Source of the DNA: Eledone cirrhosa | Taxonomy: Eukaryota | Reading direction: 5' to 3' | Length of the DNA stretch: 64,000 nt | Assembly: GCA_964016885.1 (NCBI GenBank) | Contig: OZ024747.1 | Coordinates: forward strand, 15,190,001 to 15,254,000 | In this document: positions 1-13,560 of the stretch, piece after piece | Numbering within the stretch: position 1 is the stretch's first letter | How the letters are laid out: every line of letters begins with the position of its first letter | Made by a program: the position numbers and the translations under genes | The notes under the pieces: model-generated | Databases searched by the model: none | Seen by the model: only the letters and a program-made list of their open reading frames with translations | What the model was told of the DNA's origin: nothing

Positions 1-134
1 ATCGACTCCGTAAGGATGAACGGAATAGTTAACCTCGTCAGGATTTGAACTCAAACCGTAAAGGAACGTAACTATGCTGGAAAGCATGGCGTCCGACTCT
101 CTACTGCACTCCACCCTAAAGCCAATCCACCGCC
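1..134 (-). mobile_element. tRNA-derived SINE family 1, head and core, cut by window edge
   Basis: Reverse complement matches the full copy at 38826-39012 (B box GAGTTCAAATCC, TTCATCCTTACGG core). Confidence 0.8.
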
Positions 135-789
135 CTATGCCAATCCACAACGTCTGCTGAATTGGCAGAATACCTTTACTCTTTGCTCTCTATTTCCTTA
201 AACCGAGTCCTTGTTGTTAACACATCTAGCAGATATCTCGCCTTCTCTATTTCTTTCTCGAAATAGTCTTATTACACTGTTGAAATTACAGTGCCCTTTC
301 CCCATAGCACACCAGAGAGTTCAGAGCACCCAGTTGGGGGCGCTACCGCCCACGTTCAGAGTCAATGCTGTAGGATGTATTATTACTCATGATATGAAGT
401 TTGACTTAATTTTAAACTTTGAATATTTATTTGAAAGTCAAAAAATAATTGAAAAATAGAATGTATTTTGATGGTGGATAAATGTTATCCTGAAGGAAAA
501 TTATGAAGTTTCTCAAAATAAAATGTACAAACGCAAAACCCCCAACAAAGACACACACAAAAAGAAACCGATTATGCATATATATATGTGAGTGCGTGCT
601 TGTGGGTAAATATATATACATACACATATATATATACGTGTGTTTGTGTGTGAGTGTAGGTGGATGTATGTGTCTATTCTTAAGCATGTAAGCAAATCTA
701 TGTACGCGAGTAGTTATATACAATGATAGGTAGATAGGTAGGTGCCCATGCATGTAAACTCTATTAATTAGATACAGAGTGAATAAGAA

Positions 790-972
790 ACATTCATATA
801 AATATATATATATATATATATACATATATATATACATATATGTATATATATATATACATATATACATATATATAAATACATGTATACACACACACACATA
901 TACACACACACATATATACACACACACACACACACATACCCATATACACACACACATATACCCACACACACT

Positions 973-1018
<46 letters not shown>

Positions 1019-1055
1019 TGTGTATGTATATACAAATATATATATACATATATGT
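790..1055. repeat. compound (TA)n/(CA)n microsatellite
   Basis: Directly visible dinucleotide runs. Confidence 0.95.
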
Positions 1056-1829
1056 GTGGAGTGGGGGTGTATGAAGTGAGAGTGAATATATATAGAGAGT
1101 TTAATAGAGAGACTTAGATGCTTCTCGGTTTGAGTTATTTTAGTGTTGCCTCAAGACTAGCCATCGTAAACACGAAGTTAAAACGTCCCTTGCTTTATCG
1201 TTATTATAGTAAGAACTTATGGGAATATAAAAATATATTTTAGATGATATAAAGGAAGAGTAAAAACAGAAAATATGCAGAGATAAATAAAACCTTCAGT
1301 GAAGTATATTATTCCCTTGAAGTCATCACTGAATATATTTTATATATTTCATATATTTTCTGCCAGGCTTGGACATTCCGTCAACAGCTAAGCTGATACA
1401 GTGTTTTCCTCACCACTATCACACAAATACATCCACACCCTTCCATATAAAAATCTCTCTCCCCCTTCTCATATTCTCATCTCTAACTATTTCGATTTTA
1501 CCTCTGGACTCAATGTTTATTTTCATAACATCATTTTGCTGTGTTGCAAAACTAAAAAATATTTTTTTAAATGCAAATATGAAAATAGAATTGTAGATTA
1601 GGTATGATGGAATTAGCCAAGATATAAACCAATTTAATTTGTGTTCTAATCCTTAAAATTACACGCACACAAACGTATATGGATATCCATACGCACACAC
1701 ATATATATATATACAACATACGATACTCGCCCAACCTTCCTCTCTATATCAAGTACCACCAAACTCTCCTCCTCTCTATATGTATATCTATCTCTTCCAT
1801 CTGTTTCTACATAACATGTACATAAATTG

Positions 1830-1940
1830 TAGCGCATATACAAATAGAAGTGTGTTTTGCTAGTTCGGAAAGATAAATATAGTTGGGGAGGGGGGGGGAC
1901 ATGGTCCCCCCTGCCCCCCCCCCCCATTCCACGGCTCCTG
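1830..1940 (-). mobile_element. partial hAT-like MITE, same family as 53240-53371
   Basis: Minus-strand terminus CAGGAGCCGTGGAA; internal AACTAGCAAAACACACTTCTATTTGTATATG matches AACTACCAAAACACATCTATTTGGATATG near 53300. Confidence 0.55.
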
Positions 1941-1968
1941 TATATATGTATATATATATATATATATA

Positions 1969-2010
<42 letters not shown>

Positions 2011-2679
2011 CTGTCTGTGTGTTGGTGTGTCTGTGTGTTAGTCTGTCTGTGTCTGTGTCTCTGTGTGTTCAGTAATGTTGTTGATTACAGGAGGTTGAAT
2101 CAACAGGAACACTGGATGCTACACGAGAGTGTATACATTCTGAATGCATGAGAGGACAAGGTTTCATTTAAAAAAACATGTTTTAATTGTATATTGAACA
2201 TTATGTATGTTTCACAAATGATTAGTTCTAGAATTGTCTCGATATCGTATACCTGTTTCCAACATGGATATAAAATCGATGATTTGTTTTTACGTAGTCG
2301 ACTTCCATTGAAATATTCAAAGCCTATTCTCTGGTATGATAAGATAATAACTTTCTGTTTTCTCACACCTGACACGGTGCCTCTGATTTACCCCTTCTGA
2401 CTCAGATTTCAAAAACCCAATTGCCGCACCCTAATACCACAAATTACTTTCTTTTCTTTCAAATATGTTTTTTCCGCCCACATTTATCCTGCAGAATTCA
2501 ACAAGCAGGTGTTTGCACTACAGTTTTACGATAGTCAGTTATTATTTTTATTTTTAGATGTTTGTCATATCCTGGTGTGATGCCGAGACAAAAGAAATCG
2601 TGTTGGCACATTGTCAATGACAATCAAGCCGTCACCATTTCATCATTTTATGGCGTCGAATAAAAGATGACGGAGATAA

Positions 2680-2980
2680 CGGATCCTCCGTTGGTTTTGA
2701 CAATGTGCATTCAGTTGTTTGATCAGCTGAATGCCCAAACACATGAAATAACCTGTATGTGGCTGAGTATTTTACGGGCACTTGTATCCATAACGCAAAT
2801 ATGTGACAAGTCTAAGACTTTGCATTACAGGTACAATTCACCCAGCACTGCTTTTGTCTGCCCAATTTCACACTCTAGGCTTGGGTCGACCCTTGCCGAA
2901 GACTCTTGCCAATGTGTTATGCAGTGAGATAGAATCCGAGACCTCAGAATTACAAGATGAAACTCTTAACCACTGACCCA
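2680..2980 (-). mobile_element. degenerate nested SINE remnants
   Basis: Similarity to SINE family 2 (7300-7462, 21911-22140), followed by a decayed tRNA-like head ending near 2980. Confidence 0.5.
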
Positions 2981-2989
2981 TGTTAGGGC

Positions 2990-3092
2990 AACGAGGTTGA
3001 CTTTGCCTTTCATCCTTACGGGGTCGATAAAATAAAGTACCAGTAATGCACTGGGTAATTGCTGGCCTTGTGCCTAAAGTAGAAACAATTAT
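2990..3092 (+). mobile_element. SINE family 1, 5'-truncated
   Basis: GAGGTTGACTTTGCCTTTCATCCTTACGGGGTCGATAAAATAAAGTACCAG...GGCCTTGTGCCTAAAGTAGAAAC. Confidence 0.9.
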
Positions 3093-3249
3093 GTAAGGTA
3101 TCTTTTATTTAAAACAATTACATACCATCCGTGCGAAAATGTTCTGCTATGTTAATCAGGTCGAGTGGCAATGCAATGGCGCTTTCGTTGACTCAAATAG
3201 ATATAACATATCAGTGTTGCATTTGAACAAGATGTTATCAACTAATCAT

Positions 3250-3480
3250 CATGACCTTACCGTTGGGTTGCCACTCTAGACATTCTGGCAATCAGCAATG
3301 GCTACTGATCTCTATTTTCCGACACACGCCTTAGTATCATAGTGTGGTGACGCATCTGGTCTTTGATATTGTCTGACCTGCTCTGGTGGTCGGCAGTCGC
3401 CAATGATCTTGGCCCTCCACCATGTGCAGAAGGGTCACACTGTTGAGACCTATTCAGTTCTTGATGGTCCAAGGCAAGCA
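3250..3480 (-). mobile_element. decayed 3' end of an RTE-clade LINE
   Basis: Frameshifted minus-strand translation gives MVEG and SDNIKD, resembling the RTE ORF C-terminus. Confidence 0.45.
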
Positions 3481-4248
3481 CTATACGCCGGGATTTTTCA
3501 TCTATAAGTTCGTTTATTTATTCATCTTCCTCATTGTTATGATTTTATAACAACAATACAATTATAAATAAGGAAGGGGTGTTCGCAATTCACTCAGTGT
3601 GTATCAAGTAATTAATAAATTAGAAATCAGAAATGTCTCTAACAACATGTAACATTATATGTTGCCACATATATAAAATAAAGCGTCTTGAAACGAATGT
3701 CTCCTGTTACATTGACTGCATTTTAAACAATGATTTTAACGTTCGGATTTCTATTTGACAAACTTTTGTAATTTAAGCTATTCTGGAATATAGTATTACA
3801 CACGATTACTCACGTCCTAACATTTGTCTATCACTCTATCACATATACTCTCTGATATACATACATGCACACATATAACATATACACACACATTGTATTT
3901 GTATTTATGTATAATATAATATAATATTCTATAATACAAATGATATAATATAGTATGATTATAGATATAGTTGCGAAAAGTCAGTTGAGGAATCTTGCAT
4001 TACGAGAAACCGCACTTACTGATATGAAGCAGAGCACACACATAAGCGCGTACGCACATATACACCCACACGCACGCCCAAACACATGCGCATACCTGCA
4101 TATATTTACTCAACTACGTACTTTTCAATGTCTGTTTAGGTGTACATTGTCACTACGATAATTAGTAAGAAATGTTATGTGAAAAGAAAAGTAAATTTTA
4201 CAAAACAACACATAATTATCTGCAAAGGTCTTTCTATTAGGTTTATAC

Positions 4249-4501
4249 CAGTCATGGGCAACCTGCGGCCTATGAAGCTTTCTGAATGGCTCACCTAAGT
4301 CACCTAAGTGAAATCTTTCTGATTTTTTTACCCCAACTTTTCCGTCGTAATTTATCTTTCTATCATTTTTACGATCAAAACAACCCGAGCTACCACCGTT
4401 CTTTTTAATGTGGGCATGAATGTAAATTAGCGCTTGTGGCCCGTCTGATGATGAGCCATATCTCATGCGACCCACTTGTCGAAATAGGTTGCCCATGCCT
4501 A
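4249..4501. mobile_element. non-autonomous hAT (Charlie-like) MITE
   Basis: TIRs CAGTCATGGGCAACCT / AGGTTGCCCATGCCTA (14/16) and perfect 8-bp TSD GTTTATAC at 4241-4248 and 4502-4509. Confidence 0.9.
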
Positions 4502-6874
4502 GTTTATACAAACATAGTCTATTAAGTTTATACATGGCCAGAAGAGAATGGTCAACGCCCATTACATTTCTCTCGGCTCATAATCCCAAGACATGGGAGA
4601 AGCAGAACAGCATTATATCGTTTTATCTTCAAACCGGAATATATACTGCTAAGTTTTCCAAATGACACATAGCTTATGAGTTGTGTTAAATGAGGGTAAG
4701 ATTGGATATACCACACCAGAACCGACTCCGACGTTCTTCCACGCAGTCTGTGTATATTCTAATTCACTGTCAAAAGACAGAGCTACTATGTTGATCATTG
4801 TACACATGCCATTGTTTTTATCATGTCAAATCTTTTAAAGTAACATCCATCAAATATTATCCGCCCTCAGTGAGAAGTCCAATGGCCATGAGATTAAGGC
4901 CATAGATATTTTTTTTTCTATACATAATTCCTCGGTGACTTCATTATCCAGAACATACTTTCTTCTATTTTACTCTTTACGTAACTATATTTTGATAGAA
5001 AGACACTGCCTACGATTTTCAAATCATTTTGAAACTTATCAAGAATTTTGAGAAATTATTTAATATTAGTTTTTCGTTATCAAGCTGATATTTGGAGTTT
5101 AAGAAGTGTTCTTACATAAAATTATGCTGAATGGTTCTTAGATAAATATAAACACTTTACCATAATCGTCTCTGTGTCATAAATTCAGAGAAGGTTTTGG
5201 GCAGTTTGGTGTGAAACAGGTTAAAGAAGACAGTAGAATGTAATTTTAGAGGGATATGTTTGATATTTCAAGCAGGTCAAGCGACTGTATGGAACCTCTT
5301 TTAATTTATTCCCTCCCCTTCTCAGACATTACCTAGAATAACCTTCCTTCTTTTTTCGTTAAACAGCAGAGTTTTATTTATTTAACTAATGTTTATAATA
5401 AGCCAAGTGGGCATGTAGTTAGCATTGAGAGGTTCTGCTTGCCTAAGTCATTCCACTCAGTTATATGAAATGTTATATCATGTAAGTCAATTTTTCACTA
5501 AAAGACTATATATTCTCACATTCATTCAGATGTCTATTATGAATGACGCAGAGACAGCTAAGTTGTTAAGAAGTGCATTTCATAATCACGAGTGCCCAAG
5601 TTCGATCCTACTAAAGTATATCTTCCATGGTCTCGAGACGACTCAAACCTTCGAGGAAAATTGGGTAGAGAGAAACTGTATGGAAACCCTCTCTGAAGGA
5701 CTATGTCTGTAATTCAAAAGATGCAGCTTGTCAAACAGAGTAAGACACTGATTCAAGCTTCTCATTACGTTAAGGTGTTTGGGTAATGTTCTCCTATCTA
5801 CACATTATTTCATGTTTTGGTGCTTCAGTTGATCGGATGACTGAAAGCTCATCGACGAAACCATCGGCTGATCTGTTATCAAGTATGAGGAAAACAGTGC
5901 TCTGCTGTGGAGGAGATATGTCGTGTTATTATAACTAATAAAACATTCCTAGCGAGGCTGGAAACATGTTTATTATACATTTATACATAAACATCACGTA
6001 TATGCCCCAATATATAACCTTTGTTACGTCTCACGCTATGTCAGAGCATTGCTACTGATATATATATATATATATACATATATATACACACACACACGTG
6101 TGTGTGTGTGTGCGTGAGTGAGTGTTTTGTGTGTGTAGGTATATACGCGCACACTTTATTTTGAACTTGTGGAAGCCCCTGTAGCAATTAAATTCCTCTT
6201 AGCATACCACCTCATGTTAAGTATAGTTTCGCCAGTAATTTAGAAATCATTATTTATAAACTGATATATTATTATACGACCGTCTATAGATACTTTGAAT
6301 TGTCTATACAATGAAAAAGAATGGTGAATGAGTACGGTCGTTCGACTTATTAATAAATATTATATCTTCCAGAATATGACTCTTGAGCCATCGTTGACAA
6401 CTCTAATGAAGCAAATGAAAACAAGATGTGAAACAAAGTATATGATAATGATAAAGACGGGAACAAGAATTAATCATTATTGATAAATCTATTCCAGTTT
6501 TGAATAAGATTAAAGCCATAAGATATAAGTATTTCCGCTAGTATTTACTTCCAATTATTGACATTATTCAAGCACAATAACCCAAATAATCATTTCATTA
6601 GTTTCATTAAATGTTTCTGCTGTTCACTGCAAGTCTTGAATAAGTCTATTGATGAGCGCAGCAGACTGGATAGAAATCTTATTAAATTCCATGACAAGTT
6701 TAGGAACAATTATTATGCACTTGTCTATAAGTGAATTTCTAGTTGAAGGCACAGGCGAGGTTGTGTTGTTAAGACTTTCGCAACACAAATACATGGTTCT
6801 AGGCTCGATCACATTGTTTTCTACTATATCTTAGGCTCCTCCTCCTCCTCCTCCTTCTCCTCCCCCTCCTCCTC

Positions 6875-7045
6875 CTCATCATCATCATCGTTTAACGTCC
6901 ATCTTCCACGCTAGTATGGGTTAAACGGTTCTGTTCCATGTCTTGCTCGTACGGAAGTGTCTCTGGCAAGCTTTTTTATAGCTGGATGCCCTTCCTAACA
7001 CCAACCACATTTACAGTGTGGACTGGGGGCTTTTTTACCGTGTCT
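6875..7045 (-). mobile_element. SINE 3' portion with (GAT)n tail
   Basis: Minus strand TGGTTGGTGTTAGGAAGGGCATCCAGCTATAAAA ... GGACGTTAAACGATGATGATG; family assignment from recall. Confidence 0.6.
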
Positions 7046-7053
7046 CCTACATA

Positions 7054-7181
7054 TTAGCCGTCGAAACGGCTTGAGCTCAGCCGTCGGGGTCCTACTCGTT
7101 CCTTTTACCCACTCTACTACCCTAAGTATTGAGTACTTTGGTTCGTTATGGTCCACCTGGTTCCTTACCACATTTCCTTCG

Positions 7182-7184
<3 letters not shown>
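7054..7184 (+). mobile_element. TA-associated family A, copy 1 (3'-half hammerhead)
   Basis: AGCCGTC-GAAA-CGGCT-TGAGCTC-AGCCG-TC-GGGG then tail ending CCTTCGTTA(TA)n; seven more copies in the window. Confidence 0.85.
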
Positions 7185-7236
<52 letters not shown>

Positions 7237-7544
7237 TGTATGTATTGTTGATTTTTTATCTCCATCCCTTCCGACTATGTGTGTTCCAGTTGTGTGATTA
7301 ATCAAAAGGTCTGTTTATGCAATTAACGATCAGGTGACTGAGCATTCCACAGATGCATGTATCCTTAACATAGTTAAGTGTCACCATGATTCAAGGTGAC
7401 ACAGTGCGTAACAAGGCGGCTTTTTTAATTACAGGTACAAATCTTTTTCTCCAAGCTGAGTGATCTCGCTCATCAGAGAACGAATTGAATATATTTGGGA
7501 GCGGGGTCATGGTTTTGGAATGCTGGAATATTTTCATCTACACG

Positions 7545-7806
7545 TTGTTGTTGTTGTTGTTGTTACAGCTCACACCTATGCAGGTTTAGCTGGCCTCCTC
7601 CAAGGTTTATCTCGTTGGCAGTGTCTTGGGTGGTTTAATGATAGGGACCACAGTCCTATCATCTCCTTTCTACAGCTGAGTAAACTGGAGCAACGTGAAA
7701 TAAAGTGTCTTGCTCAAGGAAATAACACATCACCCGGTCCGAGAATTGAACTTACAACTTTCGATTGCAAGCCCAATTCCCTAACCACTAAGCCATGCGC
7801 CTTCAC
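7545..7806 (-). mobile_element. tRNA-derived SINE family 2
   Basis: Minus-strand head GCATGGCTTAGTGGTTAGGG (A box), GTTCAATTC (B box), TCCTTGAGCAAGACACTT core; same head at 55186-55295. Confidence 0.8.
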
Positions 7807-8525
7807 ATACGCTTTTATCTACAGCGGAGTTATTTGAACGATGTTTCAGGCTGCTTTTTCTTTGAAGTCGGAAGTATTTTGTTTATAAAGGCTCAAGTTT
7901 ATTGCCCATAACTTCGTTGCCGGTAATTATTCAAAATATGTTTTAATTTATTTATTTTCCGTTTGGCAACAGGACAATCATTTAAATGAGATTTATTGTG
8001 AATTAAATGCGTTTATTAAATCATTATTATTAATTTTTTTCGCCTGACAATGAAAAAAGAGAAATTCGGAGTTTGATTTGAAATTAGTTCCTTGGACAAT
8101 CAGATTAGATACTGTAAGACATTTAACCTAAATTTGCTGACTCAACACCCAATAATAATGACTTATTTCTTTACCTATATAATGGAATGAAAAGTCTAAC
8201 ACGCTTATTTTATAACAAGCCATATACTTCTATGTAAATCTTACTATGAAATACTAAAGGGATGACATCATGTTGGCTCTTTGCAATCATAGCTTCATAA
8301 TATATTTAGATGTAAAAGATGATCGAAAATGGCAGACAAATAATTACCGCTATGAATTCGTTGAACTTTAAATTGTGTTTACAAGGAGAATCAATGTATT
8401 GAGACATTAATAGAAATGAATTGTAGACCGAAAAGCCAATACAAAAGTGCGTGCAGTGTACAAAAGTAAATGCAGTGTTGCCAATTACTAGGCTGCTCAC
8501 ATTCAACTCCTACCAGTGAATTTGC

Positions 8526-8527
<2 letters not shown>

Positions 8528-8563
<36 letters not shown>

Positions 8564-8620
8564 ATTCATACAAACATACATTCATACGTACGTACACAAA
8601 CACACACAAATATGTATACT

Positions 8621-8717
<97 letters not shown>

Positions 8718-8841
8718 ACATATTTGTATATATATGCATATATACAAATATATATATATATAAATATATACACATATATACATATATATACATATATATA
8801 TATATATACACAAATATATATATATAAATATATATATATAC

Positions 8842-8892
<51 letters not shown>

Positions 8893-9028
8893 CATATATA
8901 CATATATATGCATATATATATATATATATACAAATATATGTATAATTATATGTATATATATATACATATATATGCATATATATATACAAATATATGTATA
9001 ATTATATGTATATATATATACATATATA

Positions 9029-9088
<60 letters not shown>

Positions 9089-9168
9089 TACATATATATA
9101 TACACAAATATATATATATATATAATATATACAAATATATGTATAATTATATGCATATATATATATAT

Positions 9169-9199
<31 letters not shown>

Positions 9200-9245
9200 T
9201 ACACAAATATATATATATATATATACAAATATATGTATAATTATA

Positions 9246-9335
<90 letters not shown>

Positions 9336-9380
9336 CAAATATATATACATACATATACAAATATACACACGTACACATAC
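8528..9380. repeat. long interrupted (TA)n array
   Basis: Visible; variant CAAATATATGTATAATTATATG recurs four times. Confidence 0.95.
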
Positions 9381-9786
9381 ATTGATAGATGTGTGTAAGT
9401 TTGGAGGTGTATGTTTGGTGTGTGTGTGAATATATATGTGTTATTGCAATATAACAATAATGGGCAAAGCATTAATAAGGTCTTATTCACCTTCCCCAGT
9501 ATAGATGTTTGTATGTGTATATATGTATGGACATCTGGCCGTGTGGCCAGAAAGTATTTGTATGTGTGAATACACGTCTGCCACTATATGCGACTACATG
9601 CATATAGAGAGGGAGAAGGGAGGCATTCAGAAGGATGCGAGGACACAGTCCTGTATATATAAGTGTCTAATAAATTATGTACACATTGTGTGTGTATGTA
9701 TTTATATATATATATATATATACGCATACATTCACCCACACACCCACACACACATACACATATGTAAATAAATATATATATATATG

Positions 9787-9822
<36 letters not shown>

Positions 9823-9831
9823 CATATCAAC

Positions 9832-9864
<33 letters not shown>

Positions 9865-10579
9865 TATGCGTCTGTGTGTGTTTCTGTGTCTGTGAAAGTG
9901 TGTGTGTATGTGTGTGCGTGTGTGCGTGTGTGTGTGTATGTGCGTGCGTGTGAGTGTGTGCAATACATATGTATACACTATTTGTCTATAAATAAACTTG
10001 GTAGCATTTAGCTTCCCTCTATATTAGTTTCTTATAGAAATTCCATCGTTTAAGAACGAATGTAATAATTTCCTATTAAGTATCACGAAGTCATGTAGAA
10101 CTCAGTATATCGTTTCCAATTGGGAAATTCCTCTGAAAATATGAGAAACTTGCTTTTAAGTGACTTTAGTAAAAATGATGAATTTTCAGCGACAAGGGAT
10201 TACTGAATAAAATAGCAATCATGATAATCGAATGTACAACTAGATTTATTTATTATCTAAGTAATAAATATAACTGCATTTATAACACTTAAGACTGTTA
10301 TCGCGAATTTGGTCAAGGTATATTATGTTGATGCAACAAATTCACAAATTAGTTATATTGTGATTCGAATTCAAATTATTACTGCCCTGCCGAAGCTTTC
10401 GATTCGACAATAGTTGAAAATAAAGATATTTTGTAAATACCTGGATAGTATGCTAAAGATACATTTTTGTGATCAACATTGGTTGCTTACAACGAGAATT
10501 GAAACCTAGTTTCCTAATACTTCCATGACTAATGTCTAAAAGAGACGTTCCTTTAGTTTGATGTTTTTTACTTTCTTCA

Positions 10580-11000
10580 CTACTCCAGCCGCACCCTGGT
10601 GCAGTGTGCGACTAACCCAGGTTCTGCTGCGCGTAGGGCTGAGGAGGGCAAAGTCTCCAAGTACCGGTCGCTCTACGACAGGTTTGCGGTCGTGCCCTTG
10701 GTAGTGGAGACTTCTGGTGTCCTTGTCTCTAGGGCTACCTCCCAACTCACCACCATAGGCGCTGAGTTGGCTAGCCGCAGGTGTGAGACTCGCGAGATGA
10801 AATGGCTCTTCGTTCGCATCTCCCTTACCATCCCCCGAGGAAACGCCTTATCGATTCTGTCCACCAGGGCTGTGGGGGAGGACAGCATGTGGGGCCCCAT
10901 TTGCTCACCATACTGAGAGATTGGGTGGGCGAGAGAGATGGAGGCGATGACAGTGGAAGTTCGGCTCTTCATATCCTTGTGGTTGTGTTTATCATCCATA
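10580..11000 (+). mobile_element. 3' end of CRE-like non-LTR retrotransposon (restriction-like endonuclease C-terminus and 3' UTR)
   Basis: ORF 10599-10916: GSAARRAEEGKVSKY...FAVVPLVVETSG...RISLTIPRGNALSIL, the AA..AE..K..KY / P..VET.G / RGNA pattern of CRE-clade C-termini. Confidence 0.8.
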
Positions 11001-11267
11001 TAGAATATATATATATTAGACTACACTGACCCAGACAAATTTTGAAACTGCATTAAATATTTTCATTTCATCTGAACTATTGAACTACATATCCGCCATT
11101 TCCACAATCATCTCAAATGTCTTACTTCACAAGATCCTACACTAAATTATCGTATGTTTTTTTTGTTTTTTTTTAACTTAATTACTCTTCATCATACGGC
11201 TATGATTTCTCGGATTAAGAGAACCTTATACATTGATGTGACTGATGCTAATATTCTGCTTGTAATA

Positions 11268-11420
11268 ATTGTTTCTACTTTTGGCACAAGATCAGCAATT
11301 ATCCCAGTGCATTACTGGCACTTTATTTTATCGACCCCTTAAGGATGAAAGTTAAAGTTAACCTCGGCGATCGTTGAACTCAGATCGTAAAGGGACGTAA
11401 CTATATGCTGCCGATACACC
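11268..11420 (-). mobile_element. SINE family 1
   Basis: Matches the reverse complement of 38826-39012. Confidence 0.85.
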
Positions 11421-11563
11421 ACGTTCATTGATTATACAGATACAATTACCGAACATTTACTTATTTTATTGATACAAGAATGTTGAAAGACAATATTGTC
11501 AAAGCTCTGATTACCAGATCTCACGAATCAATCTTCTTAAACAAACAGCTAAGACAGCTAAGA

Positions 11564-11620
<57 letters not shown>

Positions 11621-11771
11621 CCTATTTTCAAAGACTCACAAACAAAATACAATACTCTTTATTAAGGTCAAATCTGAGACATTTTACCTCGGAGTTCCAC
11701 CTGTCTACTCACAGAGTCATCGAACATATCCCTTGAATTAAAAAACTAATACGAACACACACACTCATACA

Positions 11772-11806
<35 letters not shown>

Positions 11807-11838
11807 CAAAATATTAACAAATGAAAAATATTCTCATA

Positions 11839-11920
11839 ATCAAAATATATACTCTATTATATTCAAAGGTACTGTGTTGCTTTTTCAGTACGTCCTCATC
11901 AGACAAAATATATGATTTGA
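11839..11920 (-). ncRNA. mirror hammerhead copy (CUGAUGA intact, helix III deleted)
   Basis: Minus strand TATTTTGT-CTGATGA-GGACGTACTG...CAGTACCTTT-GAA-TATA-ATAGAGTATAT. Confidence 0.6.
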
Positions 11921-12014
11921 CATCTGACATACCGCTACGGTCTTGATTATTCAATTCCAGTATTGGCAGTCAATACTAGAATTGAATAATGAAGACCGTA
12001 GCGGTATGTCATAT

Positions 12015-12102
12015 ATCAAATCATATATTTTGTCTGCTGAGGACGTACTGAAAAAACAACACAGTACCTTTGAAATATATATAATAAAGTATATATTTTG
12101 AT
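12015..12102 (+). ncRNA. type I hammerhead ribozyme fold with core mutation CUGCUGA
   Basis: Helix I ATATATTTTGT/ATAAAGTATAT, CTGCTGA 12034-12040, helix II GGACGTACTG/CAGTACCTTT, GAAA 12072-12075, palindromic helix III ATATATAT, AUA site. Confidence 0.7.
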
Positions 12103-12233
12103 TATGAGAATATTTTTCATTTGTTAATATTTTGAATAATATTAAAAACCCCAGGAAAACTCTTTGTTGAGTGCTTCTAATCTATTGTAAAATTGTATTC
12201 ATTGATTAATCAACGAACCATACTAATCCTTGG

Positions 12234-12265
<32 letters not shown>

Positions 12266-12498
12266 CATTTAGATATATGTGTGAGTGTGTTGGGAAAACG
12301 AGAGGGGAGATAGATATAGATAGATAGATAGCACGTGAACATGATGAGAATAGTTCGGGTGAGGAAGCATTTAGGTTTTGTTTAATTTTTAACTGAAGAT
12401 TTTTTTTGCTCACGTGCTGCCTGTACAATGTGGAAATATCAACGAACAATCTGTGGTCAGGGAAGAATATATAAATATATCCATCCATCCATCCATAT

Positions 12499-12556
<58 letters not shown>

Positions 12557-13054
12557 TTGTGTGTGTGTGCATATGTATGTATGTGTGGGTATGGGTGAGT
12601 GTGAGAGTGTGTATGTCTCTGCGTGTGTGTATGAATATACACAGAAATACAGGCCAAACACATAAATATCAACAAATATCAACAGAAATGCCACCGCATA
12701 AGCGTGTTTCAGGACAACATAAAACAGCAACACGGGAATAATGTGTATGAAAATAAGTATTTGTTCATTTGATGCTAACTTTTTCTGTCTGATATTTGTT
12801 TCATTATGATGTATTTTTCATGTTTTCTCAAACAGAGAAAGATATATATGTGGAAAGTGGACAAACCCAGTTTCTCCTTTTTCTTCGTGTTATATATATT
12901 ACATTTTATTATTATTTTTGTTGAACGTTGTTGCTATTGCTTGTCTTTTGGTGCTGAATTGATGTTGGGGCTTGAGGCCGTTCAATGTTTTATTTTTATT
13001 CAATTCATATATGTATGTGTGTATGTATGATGTATATATGTATGTGTGTATGTT

Positions 13055-13560
<506 letters not shown>

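Larger units (their letters stand above)
11801..12236. mobile_element. TA-flanked fold-back element with a hammerhead in each arm and a one-sided tail
   Basis: Arms about 11801-11966 and 11970-12140; unpaired tail 12141-12236 ending CCTTGGTTA(TA)n. Confidence 0.85.

Noticed and set aside
4445-4485. CTGATGA followed by a TGAG/CTCA hairpin
   Set aside because: No GAAA directly after the helix and no helix I or III; it lies inside a hAT MITE.
11655-11735. Minus-strand TCGATGA...AAAA...AATAAA hammerhead-like trace
   Set aside because: Both core boxes are mutated and the helices are weak, so it cannot be supported.
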